This document shows, one piece after another, positions 54,701-63,450 of a stretch of 64,000 nucleotides of DNA. The position numbers and the translations under genes are program-made. The notes beneath the pieces are model-generated. The model saw only the letters and a list, made by a program, of their open reading frames with translations. It searched no databases and was not told the DNA's origin. Numbering within the stretch: position 1 is the first letter of the stretch; each line of letters starts with the position of its first letter. The DNA is from Leptogorgia sarmentosa (Eukaryota), in contig OZ210885.1 in NCBI GenBank assembly GCA_964658305.1, forward strand, positions 12,276,001-12,340,000, written 5' to 3'.

Positions 54701-57700
54701 ATTATTTAATTTTTTACCAAACTGAACATAATTAAAGACCGAACTCCTACATATATTGATTCCAATATTTCACAAACTATAAAACAAAAAAAACAAATAA
54801 AACAATACCTGCATTGAAACCCATCTTTGTCTATCAACTCAACTTGTGGCGTATCTTTGTCCACCATTTCTACATTACCTAAATGTATGTTACTTCTCTC
54901 GTGGTGATCAAGAGGGGTGTCAACCTCGCTAATGTCTACTTCGCCTTCACTGTGGAAATCCTCATTCTCGTCTTCTATTTCACTGCTCCCCAAACGAGGT
55001 GTCGTGGTTTGTTCATTAGCAGTCTCAGGCACAATTTTTGGCTGAGAAACCTATGTACAGAATTATCACAATATTGTGTGAAATTGTTACAATATTCAAC
55101 GTTTCACTGTGTTAATTAATTCAACAAATTTCATTGTCCATTTCGAATTTCGAGGGCTCAACATAGGCTTGGCAAGTGATGAGATTCATTAGACAAAACA
55201 AGATTTTACGCAGCTGTCACAGCTGTCATTACACGAAGTCTTAGCGCACTTGAAAATTTGAAAATATACCGCTATTGCACAAATAGAAAATACCATGAAA
55301 AATACCTATTTAAAACCAATTTAAATATTCTTTTATGTACATCTTATTATAAGCCTGCTTAGACTTGTTCAGGTTCAAAAATTATATTCACTTCAATCAC
55401 AGAAAGAGTAATCACAGAAAGAATGCTTATTAAAGTGCACATAAAAGAATATTTAAATTGGTCTCAATTATGTTTTGGTCGATTAGTTAATATCGAAAGC
55501 AGCTTAAATGCATAACGATGCATATTTATTTAGTTATGCAAATCAGTACTCAGTCATCATCACATCGAAAACTTAGATTTTTTTTGTTAAAATGGTCAAA
55601 CATGGTTACCTGAAAAGGATTTGCAAATGCCCCAACAGCTTGATACTTAATTTGTTTTCGCTGCCTAACCAAATTCTTGTGGTGAATATCGTTGTGTTTC
55701 TTTCTGTAGTCGCTGTCAAATACTCTGTGGCAGCACAAGCACTCAATCTTTGTCCTCTTAGCTTTTGACATATTTTGTTATTTCCGTTTCGAGCGGTTCA
55801 GCTCTTTACAAACAAATACTGAAAAGTATTTCCAAAATCGTTTTGTATGTGATGCAATGATTTGAGATTCAGAATTCCTTCGACGCAATGATTTGAGAAT
55901 TCCTGGACAGAGCTCCAAAATTCCTTTATTTTCCACAAAATTCCACAAATTTTGTCATTTACCGGTCTTCAAAAATCGAATAGCGAATAGGGAACATATG
56001 AGAACGACGAGCATATAACTAGAAAATAGCTTAAAGATAATCAGGTCTACGTATGAATTGCCTCACGCTCCAGTAACTCTTTCTACAAATATCTGTATAT
56101 TCAATTACTTTCAAAATTCCGACAGAACCGAAAATTTCCGACAAATTGCCGATTTTACGGAAGGTGGGGGGGCGGTCGCCCCTTCGCCCCACCTGAATTT
56201 CCGCCACTGTTGTGTCTGTTAGAGGAATCAAGTAACGATTAATAGATTCTTTATAAGATAATCCTCAATATATATCTGAACATTATTATTCAGCCGGGGG
56301 AAGATGTTGTGGCTATTTCCACAACAATAGCATGACGATGTTAATTAATGAATGCATATGCATGCAAATCAAGTGCATGATATCAATTCACGTGTGTGAT
56401 ATTTTAAGTCATAAGCAACTAAGTCATAAGCAAGTAATCATCTCGAAGTAAGTGAGTTATTCAAGTATATATTAACTCAAGTAAGCAGTCGTCAACAAGT
56501 TATTTAAGCATTCCTGCACAAATTGGTAAGAGACTGTATTTCTATGTATTATGTAGATTCCTGTATATATTTACAAATTCTGTTATATAATAGTAAATAT
56601 TCGCCTCTTCTAGGAGTTTTACCGGCGAATCTACCGTGTTAAAACGTGTGCAGAAATAGAAGTGTTTATCAGATATCGTTTTCAATTTTGTACGACCTGT
56701 ACAATCAGACTTCTATCTTTAACTTCGCATGAATTTACGTTTACCAACGCTGTACTGGATATTATTTTGCCGTATTACTGCAACTTGGCTACTCGAGCTA
56801 CATCCCATTAAAAATCGTCCCTATACCTTGAAAATAGCCCTATCACAAACATCAAATATAGCACACCATACATACCGTGTATTTTCTTAACCAAGATTCC
56901 GCTGCAACAATATCACTGAACGACACATCTCCACCAAGGACTCTGACGAGGGTGTTAATCAGTTTCAAGCGATCAGGTGTTTGACCAATGTCAAGCCAGA
57001 CAACTTGACGAGATTTTGAGACTTCCCAGGCAACAGCTTGGGCTAACACCGTCTTACCGAGGCCTCCCATTCCACGAATACCAACGTCGCCACCATGACG
57101 TCCAACAACACCCACTTTATTCCCCTGCTTGAGTAACTCCAATATCTCGGTTACTTCTGATGGCCTTTCCACCATGTGAGCAGGTAGATTGCGTAATCCA
57201 TACGGAACTAGAATATCGATTAAAAAATATAGATGATAATTTTGAAATCACTCTGCTGCACGCTTCAAATAATTGTGCATACCAGAATGCATATTTGTAT
57301 AATTTAAACTTTGAATATTAATTTCGTTCAATATTTTACGTCGCTCTGGCATTAAAATCTCTTGCTACAGTTTGCAGTGTATGGTTACTGAAGTGAGTCT
57401 AAACTTTATTTAAACTTTCCCAAGAAAAGCCATTTGTAGTATGCTTTACAATTATTGATGAGAAGTTTGTGGCCGTTCCTATTTGGTCGTTTATGCGTGC
57501 GCGCAGAAGGTGCTAATTGGTACAGTCTTTCCTCACCACCTGTACTGCAGGGTGAGAGAACTTGGAGTACGGTATGATTTTGAAGTGCTGTCCACTGGGT
57601 GCAGTGGTGATATAAAGATATGTAATATCAAACTACCATTCCTAATCATCGAGGTCACTCGTGTGCATATACTATATCGAAATTGCATTCGAAACCATGC

Positions 57701-60700
57701 CAATATGCACCTATACAAATAAGAATTAGACATTCTAGGGTATGATTCGGCTTCTGGACAGCCGACGTGTCATTGAATATATCGCGCAGCGTCCATTTCA
57801 GTTGATGCTTTCAAATTATGCTATAGAATAAAGCTATAAACATCATTTACAGCATGGATTTTTTGAAAGTAGTGCAAACGAATAGTGACATCTCGGTAAT
57901 CAGAGCTTCTAAAGTCACAGAAGTGGCAACCAGCAAGCTAGCCAGTCTCTTCATACTAATCACATAATTTTGCCGACAGAACACTTTTCCCATCGCCGGG
58001 ACCTCCATTTAGGATCATAACTCTCGATTTCGTATCGTGAAGCCATTTTTCAAAGTCGTCAAAGAACCATTGCGTGGTCCCTTCTTGAAATTTTCGAATA
58101 AGCTGGTCAATCTTTCCATTAAATACAAATTTAGCTAATTTTCAGAAGATTTTACATTTTCTACCACAGTTCGCAAAAGAAGAAGCATTTAACTACTATG
58201 AGCAACATTTAAGCATTCTTGTAGCAATTGAGCTGCGTCAACTTTTCACGAGCGTTTTTTATTTGGTTGTGACCTACGCAGTTAACCCGCCCAACATTAA
58301 AATTCATTTTTAGTGATGATGAGTGCGACAGCGCGTACTGCACTGCCAATGCTTTCGGATTCCCACTAAATCTGGGAAGTGTTAGAAGAGATATTGCATT
58401 CCTGTTGCCGTTTATACTAACGAGATATTTTCCTACAAGAAATTCTTAGAAACAGAACGTTGAAGTCCGGGAAGGTTCGTGGGGGACAAATTTTGAAAAT
58501 TGAATGGCTGCCTGATACTAGAGTACTCGGTAATTTTTCCTGCATAATATATTCTGCATAAGTAGTTTCCCATCTTTCCTAGTTAATTGAAACACTACCT
58601 TTTTTCTCTGCAAAATCTGAATGCTCCGTCCTCAGCTTATTCTGACGACATTCGATTTCATCTGTTTTCTCCGCCAGACGTTTAAGCTCCATTGAATGAT
58701 GTTCAAGTTTCTCAGCTGCAGAACTTTCAACCTCTTTAATTTTGCGAAGCAGTGTGGATTGTATGTTATCGAGTTTTTCCATCACTGGATTTATCTGAAT
58801 AGATAAATTTGATTTAGTAATATTCAATTTACGGGCTGAAACAAATTTGAAATCACTCTCAACTTCACAAAGCGGTTTAAGGTGTGTGATGTGATAATAG
58901 TTATAATCTAACGTTATTAGTATAGGTAATTGTATCGTTTCGAGTGCAATTTGGAAATAACATGCACGAGTGAGTTTTTCTAGGACATTCTCGTTTTGTT
59001 CGGCCGCTAATATGCGAAGTTGTTTCGCTTGTCCACCGAGCACTTGCTTGTACGAAGAGAAATCTCTGTCTTGTATTATAAAAAGGTTGTCAACATCGAC
59101 TGCTGTTAATATCACTTTTAAGTGTCTGGTTCACATTCATCGCCGTTTCTTTTTTAATTCACAGTTTTCATTCAGCATAAAAACAATCGATCAAAATATA
59201 TACAGTACTGTGCAAAAGTTATAGGCACCTCGTGAAAAAGCATTTGACTCCACCTTATTGTAAACTTATACGATGCAAAGTTATGGGCACCTCGTGAAAA
59301 AGCATTTGACGCCATCTTATTGTAAACTTATTTTGAACTTATACGATAAGTTTACAATAAGATGGCGTCAAATGCTTTTTCAGGAGGTGCCTATAACTTT
59401 TGCACAGTACTGTAATTCTATATAACATCTCTTGCGGAATATTTTGTACTCGCGCTGTATTTCCTTTTCAACGCAACACTTTATCCGCACAATCAACCAC
59501 AAGACTAGATATCTTTGGTGGTATTTTCATTTTTCGAACTATTTGTAAGCCCCTCTATCATTTGTCTGTTGCTAAACGAATCTACCCAAAGAGGCAGCCA
59601 TTATTTCATCCTCGAATAATTTCATATTTTTTATTGTTCGCCAGAAATGGCTTAATCTTATTGGCTAGCTTTATAGCTAATCTCAGCCCATCAGAAGGCG
59701 TAAACATCTGAAGAAATTTGCACTGAATTTCTTTTTTTGGCACTGAATTTCCTTGTTTGGTACTGTATTTCCTTAAAATTGCACTTCTTTCAACCAATCA
59801 GAATCGAGAATTTTTTTTTAAGTATATTATTAGATTAGAGATTAAGATGAGTATGTAAATTAATGAGACAATATATGTGAGGCGAGGACAGAGTTCGTTG
59901 TGCTGTGGACGACCAGACAAGTAAAGAGGGCAGGGTCACAAGGATTCGAGAAGAATTAGTTGGAATTGAAAGCGTGTATCGAGGTAACTGAAAACAATCT
60001 TAGGCGAGATGAGTAAAGTAAAATTGTTAGTTCCTGAATGAAAAAAAGGTGACGAAGCGCAACTAGCGTGGGGTGAACTAAGCTCCAACACTGAAAAGAA
60101 GCAACTACGGTCTGATGTCCTGAAGTTTAAAGACAGTCGTTCTATACTTGGAGTGCTCTAGTCGATAAACGATGGAGTTATATCCAACTCTCGCCCAGCA
60201 AAGGTTAGAAACCGAAGCCAGTCGCTTAAACAGTTAATTCCGAAATTAAATAGAATTACTGAAGGAGAACTTGAAGACAATTACTGAGCAAGTCAAGAAT
60301 CCTCGGGACAGAAACTACGCATTGTGGCTAGCTGAAGAGAGAAGACGGAAACTCTGTGGACTTGGTTTGTTTGAACAGCGACGCACGCCCGTGTGCTTAA
60401 CCGTCTGAGCTTTATCAATATTTTCCTGACTTTAATGGTTGGGATTTTAGAGAGAGGGAAATTGCTTGGCCGATCTTTTACGGGCTACCCACATGTGAGT
60501 TGTGCGTACCTATATTCTCCTCTCTTATGGATTGGCCCTTTTTTCTCAAAATTTTCGAATTGCCATCGAATAATTTTCACCTCACTGTGAGGACGAAATA
60601 TTTCAATGCTTGGTCGACACAGATGTAAAGTCGAATACGAGCTATAGTTTTTGTGACGACATTATACATAAGGTCTATTGAAATTTGATATGCAAGTTTC

Positions 60701-62070
60701 CTAGTTTGTAAACTTTTCAGAAATTTGTAGTTCAACGTTGGAACCTCAATAGCAATTTTGCAAGGAAAAATAATTGTTATCTATCAAAATTTAGGTTTAA
60801 TGGAATGTCCCAGCTCCTTGGGCTAGTTTTTCCCCCCTAAAAGAGTATTTATATTAGTATTTATCAGTAATTGATATGTAGTGTGTTTTATTTATAAGTA
60901 CACGCTTCGTCCTAAGTATTCTATTGCAAACGTGTCCCCAAAAAAGTATGCACATGTTTGACTTGCAACGTTTAACGGGTAAAGCAAAACTCATAAAAAC
61001 AGCATTATCGAAAAAAAGCACAGATTGCGTTCCCACGCTGAAAATTTGCGCTCGCTCCCAGTTGAAACATGTCTTATATTAATTTGAACAGCGTCGTCCT
61101 ACTTATTCAACGACTGTTAAATGAAACATCAAAAGTTCCTCAAACCTTTGTGGCGTCCAAATCGTAGTTTTTGATACAACGGCAAAGTTCAGCTACACTT
61201 TCTGCAATTAGTTTTGCGTGACGACCATCAACAAGAATGTCTGGAAATAATGAAGAAAATTTATCTTGAGTATCACAAACACTATAAATCTATATGCGTT
61301 CATTGAGAATCGCATTGAATTGTATATATGGTAATAAATGAATAAAATTGGATAATAATAATAATAAATGAATAATAAGAGAAGTTCTTTCAACACATGG
61401 GGTTTTTCTTACTAGAGATAATAAATGATCTGCGCAAAACATATTTAAAGGCATGATGAGATTTCGGCAATAATGCTAATAATACAGTACCTGTTTTATT
61501 CCAGAAATCTAGTTGATCACAAATTATTTTTTCGTCAGCTGTTGGTAAATTTAACATTTTCACCAAAGATTCCATTCCTTGAAACGAGTCATTGAACAAG
61601 TGTAGTGTCCATTCAGAGATGTTACAATGAGCCCATGGGTTTCTGATGTCCGACCGTACTTTCTTTGCTTCAGCTGCAGCGCCAGAAGATACGAAAGGAG
61701 CTGCCTCACCCATAAGAGTCAAAAGTGCTGACATATCCATGGTCTCGTCAAATCCAGTGCAATGTGCCATAAACTCCTTGAGGAATAGTCTCGCCAGCGA
61801 CAGAGGATCTTTAACAGCATAATCATAGGCGGAATCTAGCTTGTGGATTTTGTTGTTGTTGATGTTCTTATACTGTAGCTTCTGTTTAGAAGGGGATAAC
61901 TTATTCTTGTGTTTTGCAAAATCTTGCTTTTGAATTTCATCAGGTGGTTGGCATAAAGAATGATACCATTTCCCAAGTTCAGTGGCGACAACGTTCCTCA
62001 ATGCAGGTGCAAGAACTTTGGTAAAGGCAATGCCAACTAAAACCCAATGTTGTTCTTCCTCTGATATCAT
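20375..62070 (-). CDS. Multi-exon STAND gene: HEPN - coiled coil - NB-ARC - WD40 - trypsin-like serine protease (APAF-1-like core)
   Basis: Proposed exons 62070-61491, 58835-58599, 57207-56876, 45016-44377, 43933-43511, 37106-36991, 33570-33162, 32113-31512, 29950-29707, 28842-28540, 27769-27703, 26709-26542, 21743-20375; all GT-AG and phase-compatible, total 5490 nt, no internal stops. Small exons may be missing. Confidence 0.7.
21820..22933. mobile_element. hAT-family MITE
   Basis: TIR (G/C)AGTGGCGTAGC(T/C)AGC; perfect 8-bp TSD TGGGAGAG (21812-21819, 22934-22941). Confidence 0.88.
23087..25525. repeat. Large imperfect palindrome (head-to-head Helentron/HINE-like units)
   Basis: ACTAGAAATACATATATGCAGCAACCC... 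mirrored at 25525; GC-rich centre 24579-24807 with a GGCGC-GAA-GCGCC hairpin in each arm. Confidence 0.85.
23249..23976 (+). mobile_element. GA-hairpin/CTGATTGG element inserted in the left palindrome arm
   Basis: Absent from the right arm; inverted repeat TTATTTTTTTCC / GGAAAAAAATAA; CTGATTGG at 23289; hairpin 23834-23970. Confidence 0.8.
26542..27769 (-). CDS. Two linker/pro-domain exons (27769-27703, 26709-26542)
   Basis: GNSGEEKGKEDSGKRKVPGKIE R TSDDSKHRITHGLDK...EDVHEKFK; phases 1-2-2 link the last WD40 exon to the protease exon. Confidence 0.55.
27935..28474 (-). mobile_element. Relative of the 23249-23976 element in reverse orientation
   Basis: 27935-28140 is the reverse complement of about 23580-23790; CCAATCAGA at 28416. 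Confidence 0.6.
28540..37106 (-). CDS. WD40-repeat exons (37106-36991, 33570-33162, 32113-31512, 29950-29707, 28842-28540)
   Basis: IK|VWNLSDG, VFIWDWQ, GHPDDSIVTAIDITSNGKFALSGS, AHEDAISQV, SVKLWNV, DKTLKLWNL; canonical splice sites. Confidence 0.8.
35981..36150. repeat. Palindromic element with degenerate minimal hammerhead-like motifs (Penelope-associated type); derivative at 37312-37405
   Basis: Plus strand CCGGACGAGGGCCCTTTTGCTGGAAACGTC (36083-36112); minus strand CCCAGCGAAGGGCCTTTGCTCGAAACGTG. Confidence 0.5.
37745..39805. mobile_element. 2.06-kb foldback element with arms of about 950 bp
   Basis: TAGTCTAGGACCTGTATATGAG... mirrored at 39805; outer ~850 bp almost identical; spacer about 38700-38850; no coding content. 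Confidence 0.9.
39806..42200 (-). pseudogene. Helitron/Helentron 5' coding remnant (2A motif, OTU protease, DUF6570-like region)
   Basis: GDIELNPGP (41910-41936); IVGDANYFFRSVSQQLYG...TWADNIIIQAVAN...ELHCVST (OTU); GPEYICTC; LTPLEERLISPRIPFMQV; ISFAPGEG...DKDSEFLFFP; many stops; ~114-bp tandem repeats at 40940-41200. Confidence 0.75.
43511..45016 (-). CDS. NB-ARC exons: Walker B through winged helix/HD2 (45016-44377, 43933-43511)
   Basis: CLVVVDDVW (Walker B), LLITTR (sensor I), CRGLPLAL (GLPL), LAIFPED, VHDLL (MHD variant), APAF-1-like helical region ending CPQLL. Confidence 0.9.
45692..46115 (+). repeat. 5' LTR (424 bp)
   Basis: Differs from the 3' LTR by 15-bp and 10-bp indels and about 4 substitutions; TATATAA at 45996-46002. 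Confidence 0.95.
46192..52155 (+). CDS. BEL/Pao gag-pol polyprotein
   Basis: DUF1759-type gag, three Cys/His knuckles (first degenerate, CPMG), protease LIDSGSD, RT YLPHH/RIVFDA/FYVDD, RNase H HHFSDAS, integrase H-H-C-C plus VDFFGP/SDNGTNF/WERL. The native C terminus LLEESSND* lies after the hAT insertion (stop 56240-56242). Confidence 0.95.
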   Translation: MAERISNASGDDISRLDNSRRGYLSSLTRIFNQIDPLLNDYSHVVLVKELQSKLRTAWANYQSCCSRYTDENVTAYQVTQNQLAEQCHKKQEYDEKIDSYLKDSIVYYSDQGVEGFAQSLNKTPTGSVRSASTRGSRISNFSDASQRLRETRDAAAKAAIVHKHVESKKRREVELELKRMELEIKQREFELQQRYELAQIEIADEVQRAKDDAELANLEAELARQEFVELAKRTEDLDLDEIPSSPYIREVTLQAQRQVIGSQRRGLNLSSAFRGEPKVLRQPTHPMHNVSRTTQPTQPPTSSTAEFSSPTLLNTLVTTIEKIGFSHDFPTIEIQKFNGSPHHFPVFRHRFDQMINSKPIEESVKMSRLLQLLEGPPLDAVRRYEAVDGGLTKALKLLEERYGQPCQIVRACVDTLTKGASIVSNDNEALQKFADEAQVMYDTLKSMDCLAEMNVDNLERMISRLPKWMQSKFTEHLRKIEHGGRVMPTFKDVVNFLKERASVANHPFFSNSLMGNKERVPNSGGRQRIKGQTILNTNANEVTPCPMGAKPHPLYRCHVFKSKTAEERGEFVKKSGICFNCINSTSHTSRLCKSKFRCQVPDCGKTHHTLLHRLTPPPIKAIRTAEIGTSTHESPPASASLPPADQKLQHHMDSSKEVLLQVIPIKIISPDGKMVTTYGLIDSGSDVTLIDQSLVEQLQFKGQPDRLHFSTIDSKDIQEAGVKVEFKMGAVDNNDDDDMIDVQNAWSIKDLNIPLKHQVIHRNVGQWPHLQHVPFPEVQRNKISVLIGTDVQEAFIPLEVRKGMRSEPLAIRSCLGWSILGNCSKAANNSSRQSFLINHVAQEISLDNQLEKFWRVESHGVSPRTNQPVMSIEDRDAVKIIENTISKSDGHYQMGLLWKEENRCMPYNRPLAEARLSHIRKRLLRDPILKAKYRAIIDDYVVRGYARKLTQEEANARSNVTWYLPHHPVVNPNKPGKVRIVFDAAARFQGTSLNDNLLHGPNFTNDLVGVLLRFRHHKVALAADVEAMFHQVKVIDEDTDALRFLWWSEDFDKPPDDYKMLVHIFGAASSPCCANKALKATATDNAEKYHPEVVHTTERDFYVDDLLTSVPTVGKAVWLTEQSRAILAEGGFRLTKFASNERDVLTAVPLEDRADPTLNLDLDDLPITRALGLHWNTNSDTLHFKIIRCDKPYTKRGMLSTVSSLYDPLGLLSPFTIRAKVLLQELWRIGVTWDEEIEESLLKRWQDWQDDLLNLSKVIIPRCYQLSLLQQPIEFQLHHFSDASRVAYASVSFLRMSDEAGNIHCAFLIGKSRNAPLRDWSIPRLELQAAVLSCRLHRLIEDELDLTISSTYFWSDSMTTLQYIKNTKRRFQIFVANRLNEIHDVSSPSQWNHVPGPVNPADDGSRGMNIPAMLSSGRWWHGPEFLWKDKEYWPISHVGDVPDNDKEIRSTKQVSVLVSGSPLLRFLERYSSWSKLQIMMAWLLRFLQYVSNPHHQVKPSSISITELREAAVHIVRLVQMHHFHEEVETLQSPKSNVLARSKLATFNPILMDGVIRVGGRLKHAPISYEAKHPMILPNNDHVSTLIIRHYHEILGHAGREHVLSFVRQRYWILDARILTRRILRNCLTCRKRSEAAMQQIMADLPKERLVPYEPPFTYTGVDFFGPFFVKRGRSSVKVYACIFVCFNSRAIHIEDVSSLETDTFIQALRRFISNRGSPKRIWSDNGTNFRGAEKELRLSIQNWNQESIKTAMRSKEIEWEMRPISQWQFQTPVASHMSGVWERLIRSVRKSMKAVIGHPNAYVTKETLRTIFAEVVTILNSRPLCASSDDPNDFEALTPSHFLLQRQNVALPPGHFTNHDLNCRKQWRRAQFLVNCYWKRWIKEYLPLLQSRLKWRREKRNLRKNDLVLVADKGTPRGKWSLARVTRVFPGRDGRVRTVEVKTKDTTFTRPITTLCLSGGNSVQEVGGQSFANFRQICFDCSYFFLF
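52062..56209 (-). mobile_element. hAT DNA transposon nested in the BEL element
   Basis: 17-bp TIR CAGTGGCGGAAATTCAG; perfect 8-bp TSD TTGTGTCT (52054-52061, 56210-56217). Confidence 0.97.
52216..55771 (-). pseudogene. hAT transposase (ZMYM1/TTF zinc finger, DUF4371, dimerisation domain), 3 exons, 2 frameshifts
   Basis: Exons 55771-55610, 55050-54809, 54686-52216; motifs WLVYS..FCFWC, LAFRGHDE, MLDETSD, DGAANM, HCACHALNL, TRW, ERSFSKLKLIK; frameshifts near 54400 and 52620. Confidence 0.9.
56305..56703 (+). repeat. 3' LTR (399 bp)
   Basis: TGTTGTGGCT...CCTGTACA, preceded by the PPT and followed by TSD ATCAG. Confidence 0.95.
56876..57207 (-). CDS. NB-ARC Walker A exon
   Basis: PYGLRNLPAHMVERP...VGIRGMGGLGKTVLA...VVWLDIG; AG acceptor and GTATG donor. 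Confidence 0.9.
57890..58145 (-). pseudogene. NACHT (NPHP3-N-type) pseudo-exon
   Basis: KLAKFVFNGKIDQLIRKFQEGTTQWFFDDFEKWLHDTKSRVMILNGGPGDGKSVLSAKLCD*YEETG*LAGCHFCDFRSSDYRD in one frame with stops; Walker A at 57983-58006. Confidence 0.8.
58599..58835 (-). CDS. Coiled-coil exon
   Basis: ARKLNITK...MEKLDNIQSTLLRKIKEVE...LKRLAEKTDEIECRQNKLRTE; phase 1-1 splice sites. Confidence 0.7.
59203..59412. mobile_element. Tc1-family MITE with internally duplicated left arm
   Basis: TIR CAGTACTGTGCAAAAGTTATAGGCACCTC; TA on both sides; left-arm segment repeated at about 59273-59330. Confidence 0.88.
61491..62070 (-). CDS. First coding exon: HEPN domain (DZIP3/hRUL138-like)
   Basis: EEQHWVLVGIAFTKVLAPALRNVV, DMSALLTLM, VRSDIRNPWAH (R-x4-H); GTACTG donor. 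Confidence 0.75.
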
Positions 62071-62849
62071 TATCGTTCTATGAAGTTAATATAAAATAAT
62101 GGTGTTACAATTTTAGCTATCAAAACACAAAGCTTTTGTAAACAGTACAGTTTCTTTGAAATACTGGTCTGTACTTTGAAAATACTGTATGAGTAACCCA
62201 GTTTTGAACAAACAGACAAGCAAGATTTATACAATTTGTAAGGCGAGTGGAAAGTATTGACCACTCAACGCTGTCTCCAAATATTTGGCTTCGTGGCCTC
62301 GCAGTTTGTTCAGTATTGCGAGAGCATATTATGGATAGTTGTAAACTGACGACGATTAAATATCTTTCTTTCGTTATTTGTCATTCAAACCGTGTCATTT
62401 TAATGTAACAATCGCTTAAAAGTCACTTAGATCATAGACAATCGTCTATGGTTCTATGCTTAGATTTAAGTAAAACATTGTTCTTTTTACACATAATTGT
62501 CCATCCGGAAATATGCATATTCATAGCCTACTGATATAGGGAATAATGAATTGAATAAGCGTCGCACTTTTGCAACTACAGTGCGGCGGTTAATCGAGGA
62601 TAATAGAGAGCTCAAGCAGGGGGCGTTTTTAAGAACACGGTTGTCAAGGTGACGATGATGTGAAGGAAATTGATATTCTATTCTGAACAGGTTTTGTTCA
62701 TTCGTTACGTTTTTGGGAAATAAAAATTACCAGCATTTACGGTACTTGCATGCTATCGGTCAAATATTCTTAATCTTGCAATAATTAAAAATGAAAGTTT
62801 TATGTTCTGAGATGACCATGACCTTTTACTGATAGAAATGTTGCTGAAG

Positions 62850-63450
62850 ATATAATATAGTTTTTAATGAAATTTGTAAACAAACTTGCGTGAGGTACAC
62901 ACTACCAGTATTGAAGTTTGCTTTCCTATGAATTTAAAGGCCTTGTCGAAATCTAATCAACTAAGAACATGAAATTTGCGATACAGACTGTAAGTTGTCA
63001 AATTGCAATTCAATTAAGGTCCGTCTGCGTGTTGTTTGGCTCTCTGGTCATTGCATGTTCAAGTCTGAATAAGCTTAGTTCAATTTAGGATTTTCAGTAA
63101 ATCGTGCCACGTAGCGCTGTATGTCTAATGCATGACATGCCAATGACTGAACATTCGCTGGAGTCATACGTCTCCATGATATAATAACCCCAAGAATACA
63201 CTGCAGATATAGCAATGAAAAGCTTTTTATAGCATTCAATGAATATATTTAATGATTCATGATCCCGACCTTTTCAGATCAAAACGTTTGAAATGATATC
63301 TAGTTTTAGGAGTATCTTGTCTGAACTGAAAATGGAAGTCTACAACACTACAACTTACAAACAAATGCTTTTGCATGACGAATTGCTTAGATAAACTAAG
63401 TGGTGTCAGGTGTGTGAGGAGTTTATTATGTGCTCACGAAATCACAGATA
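62850..63450 (+). repeat. Second copy of the 18820-19455 dispersed repeat
   Basis: Collinear diverged direct repeat. Confidence 0.8.

Larger units (their letters stand above)
45692..56703 (+). mobile_element. Full-length BEL/Pao LTR retrotransposon
   Basis: TG...CA LTRs 45692-46115 and 56305-56703; 5-bp TSD ATCAG (45687-45691, 56704-56708); PPT GGGGGAAGA at 56296-56304; single gag-pol ORF. Confidence 0.97.

Noticed and set aside
59840..60400. Purine-rich stretch resembling an LTR fragment
   Set aside because: No partner repeat, TSD or coding motif that I can support.
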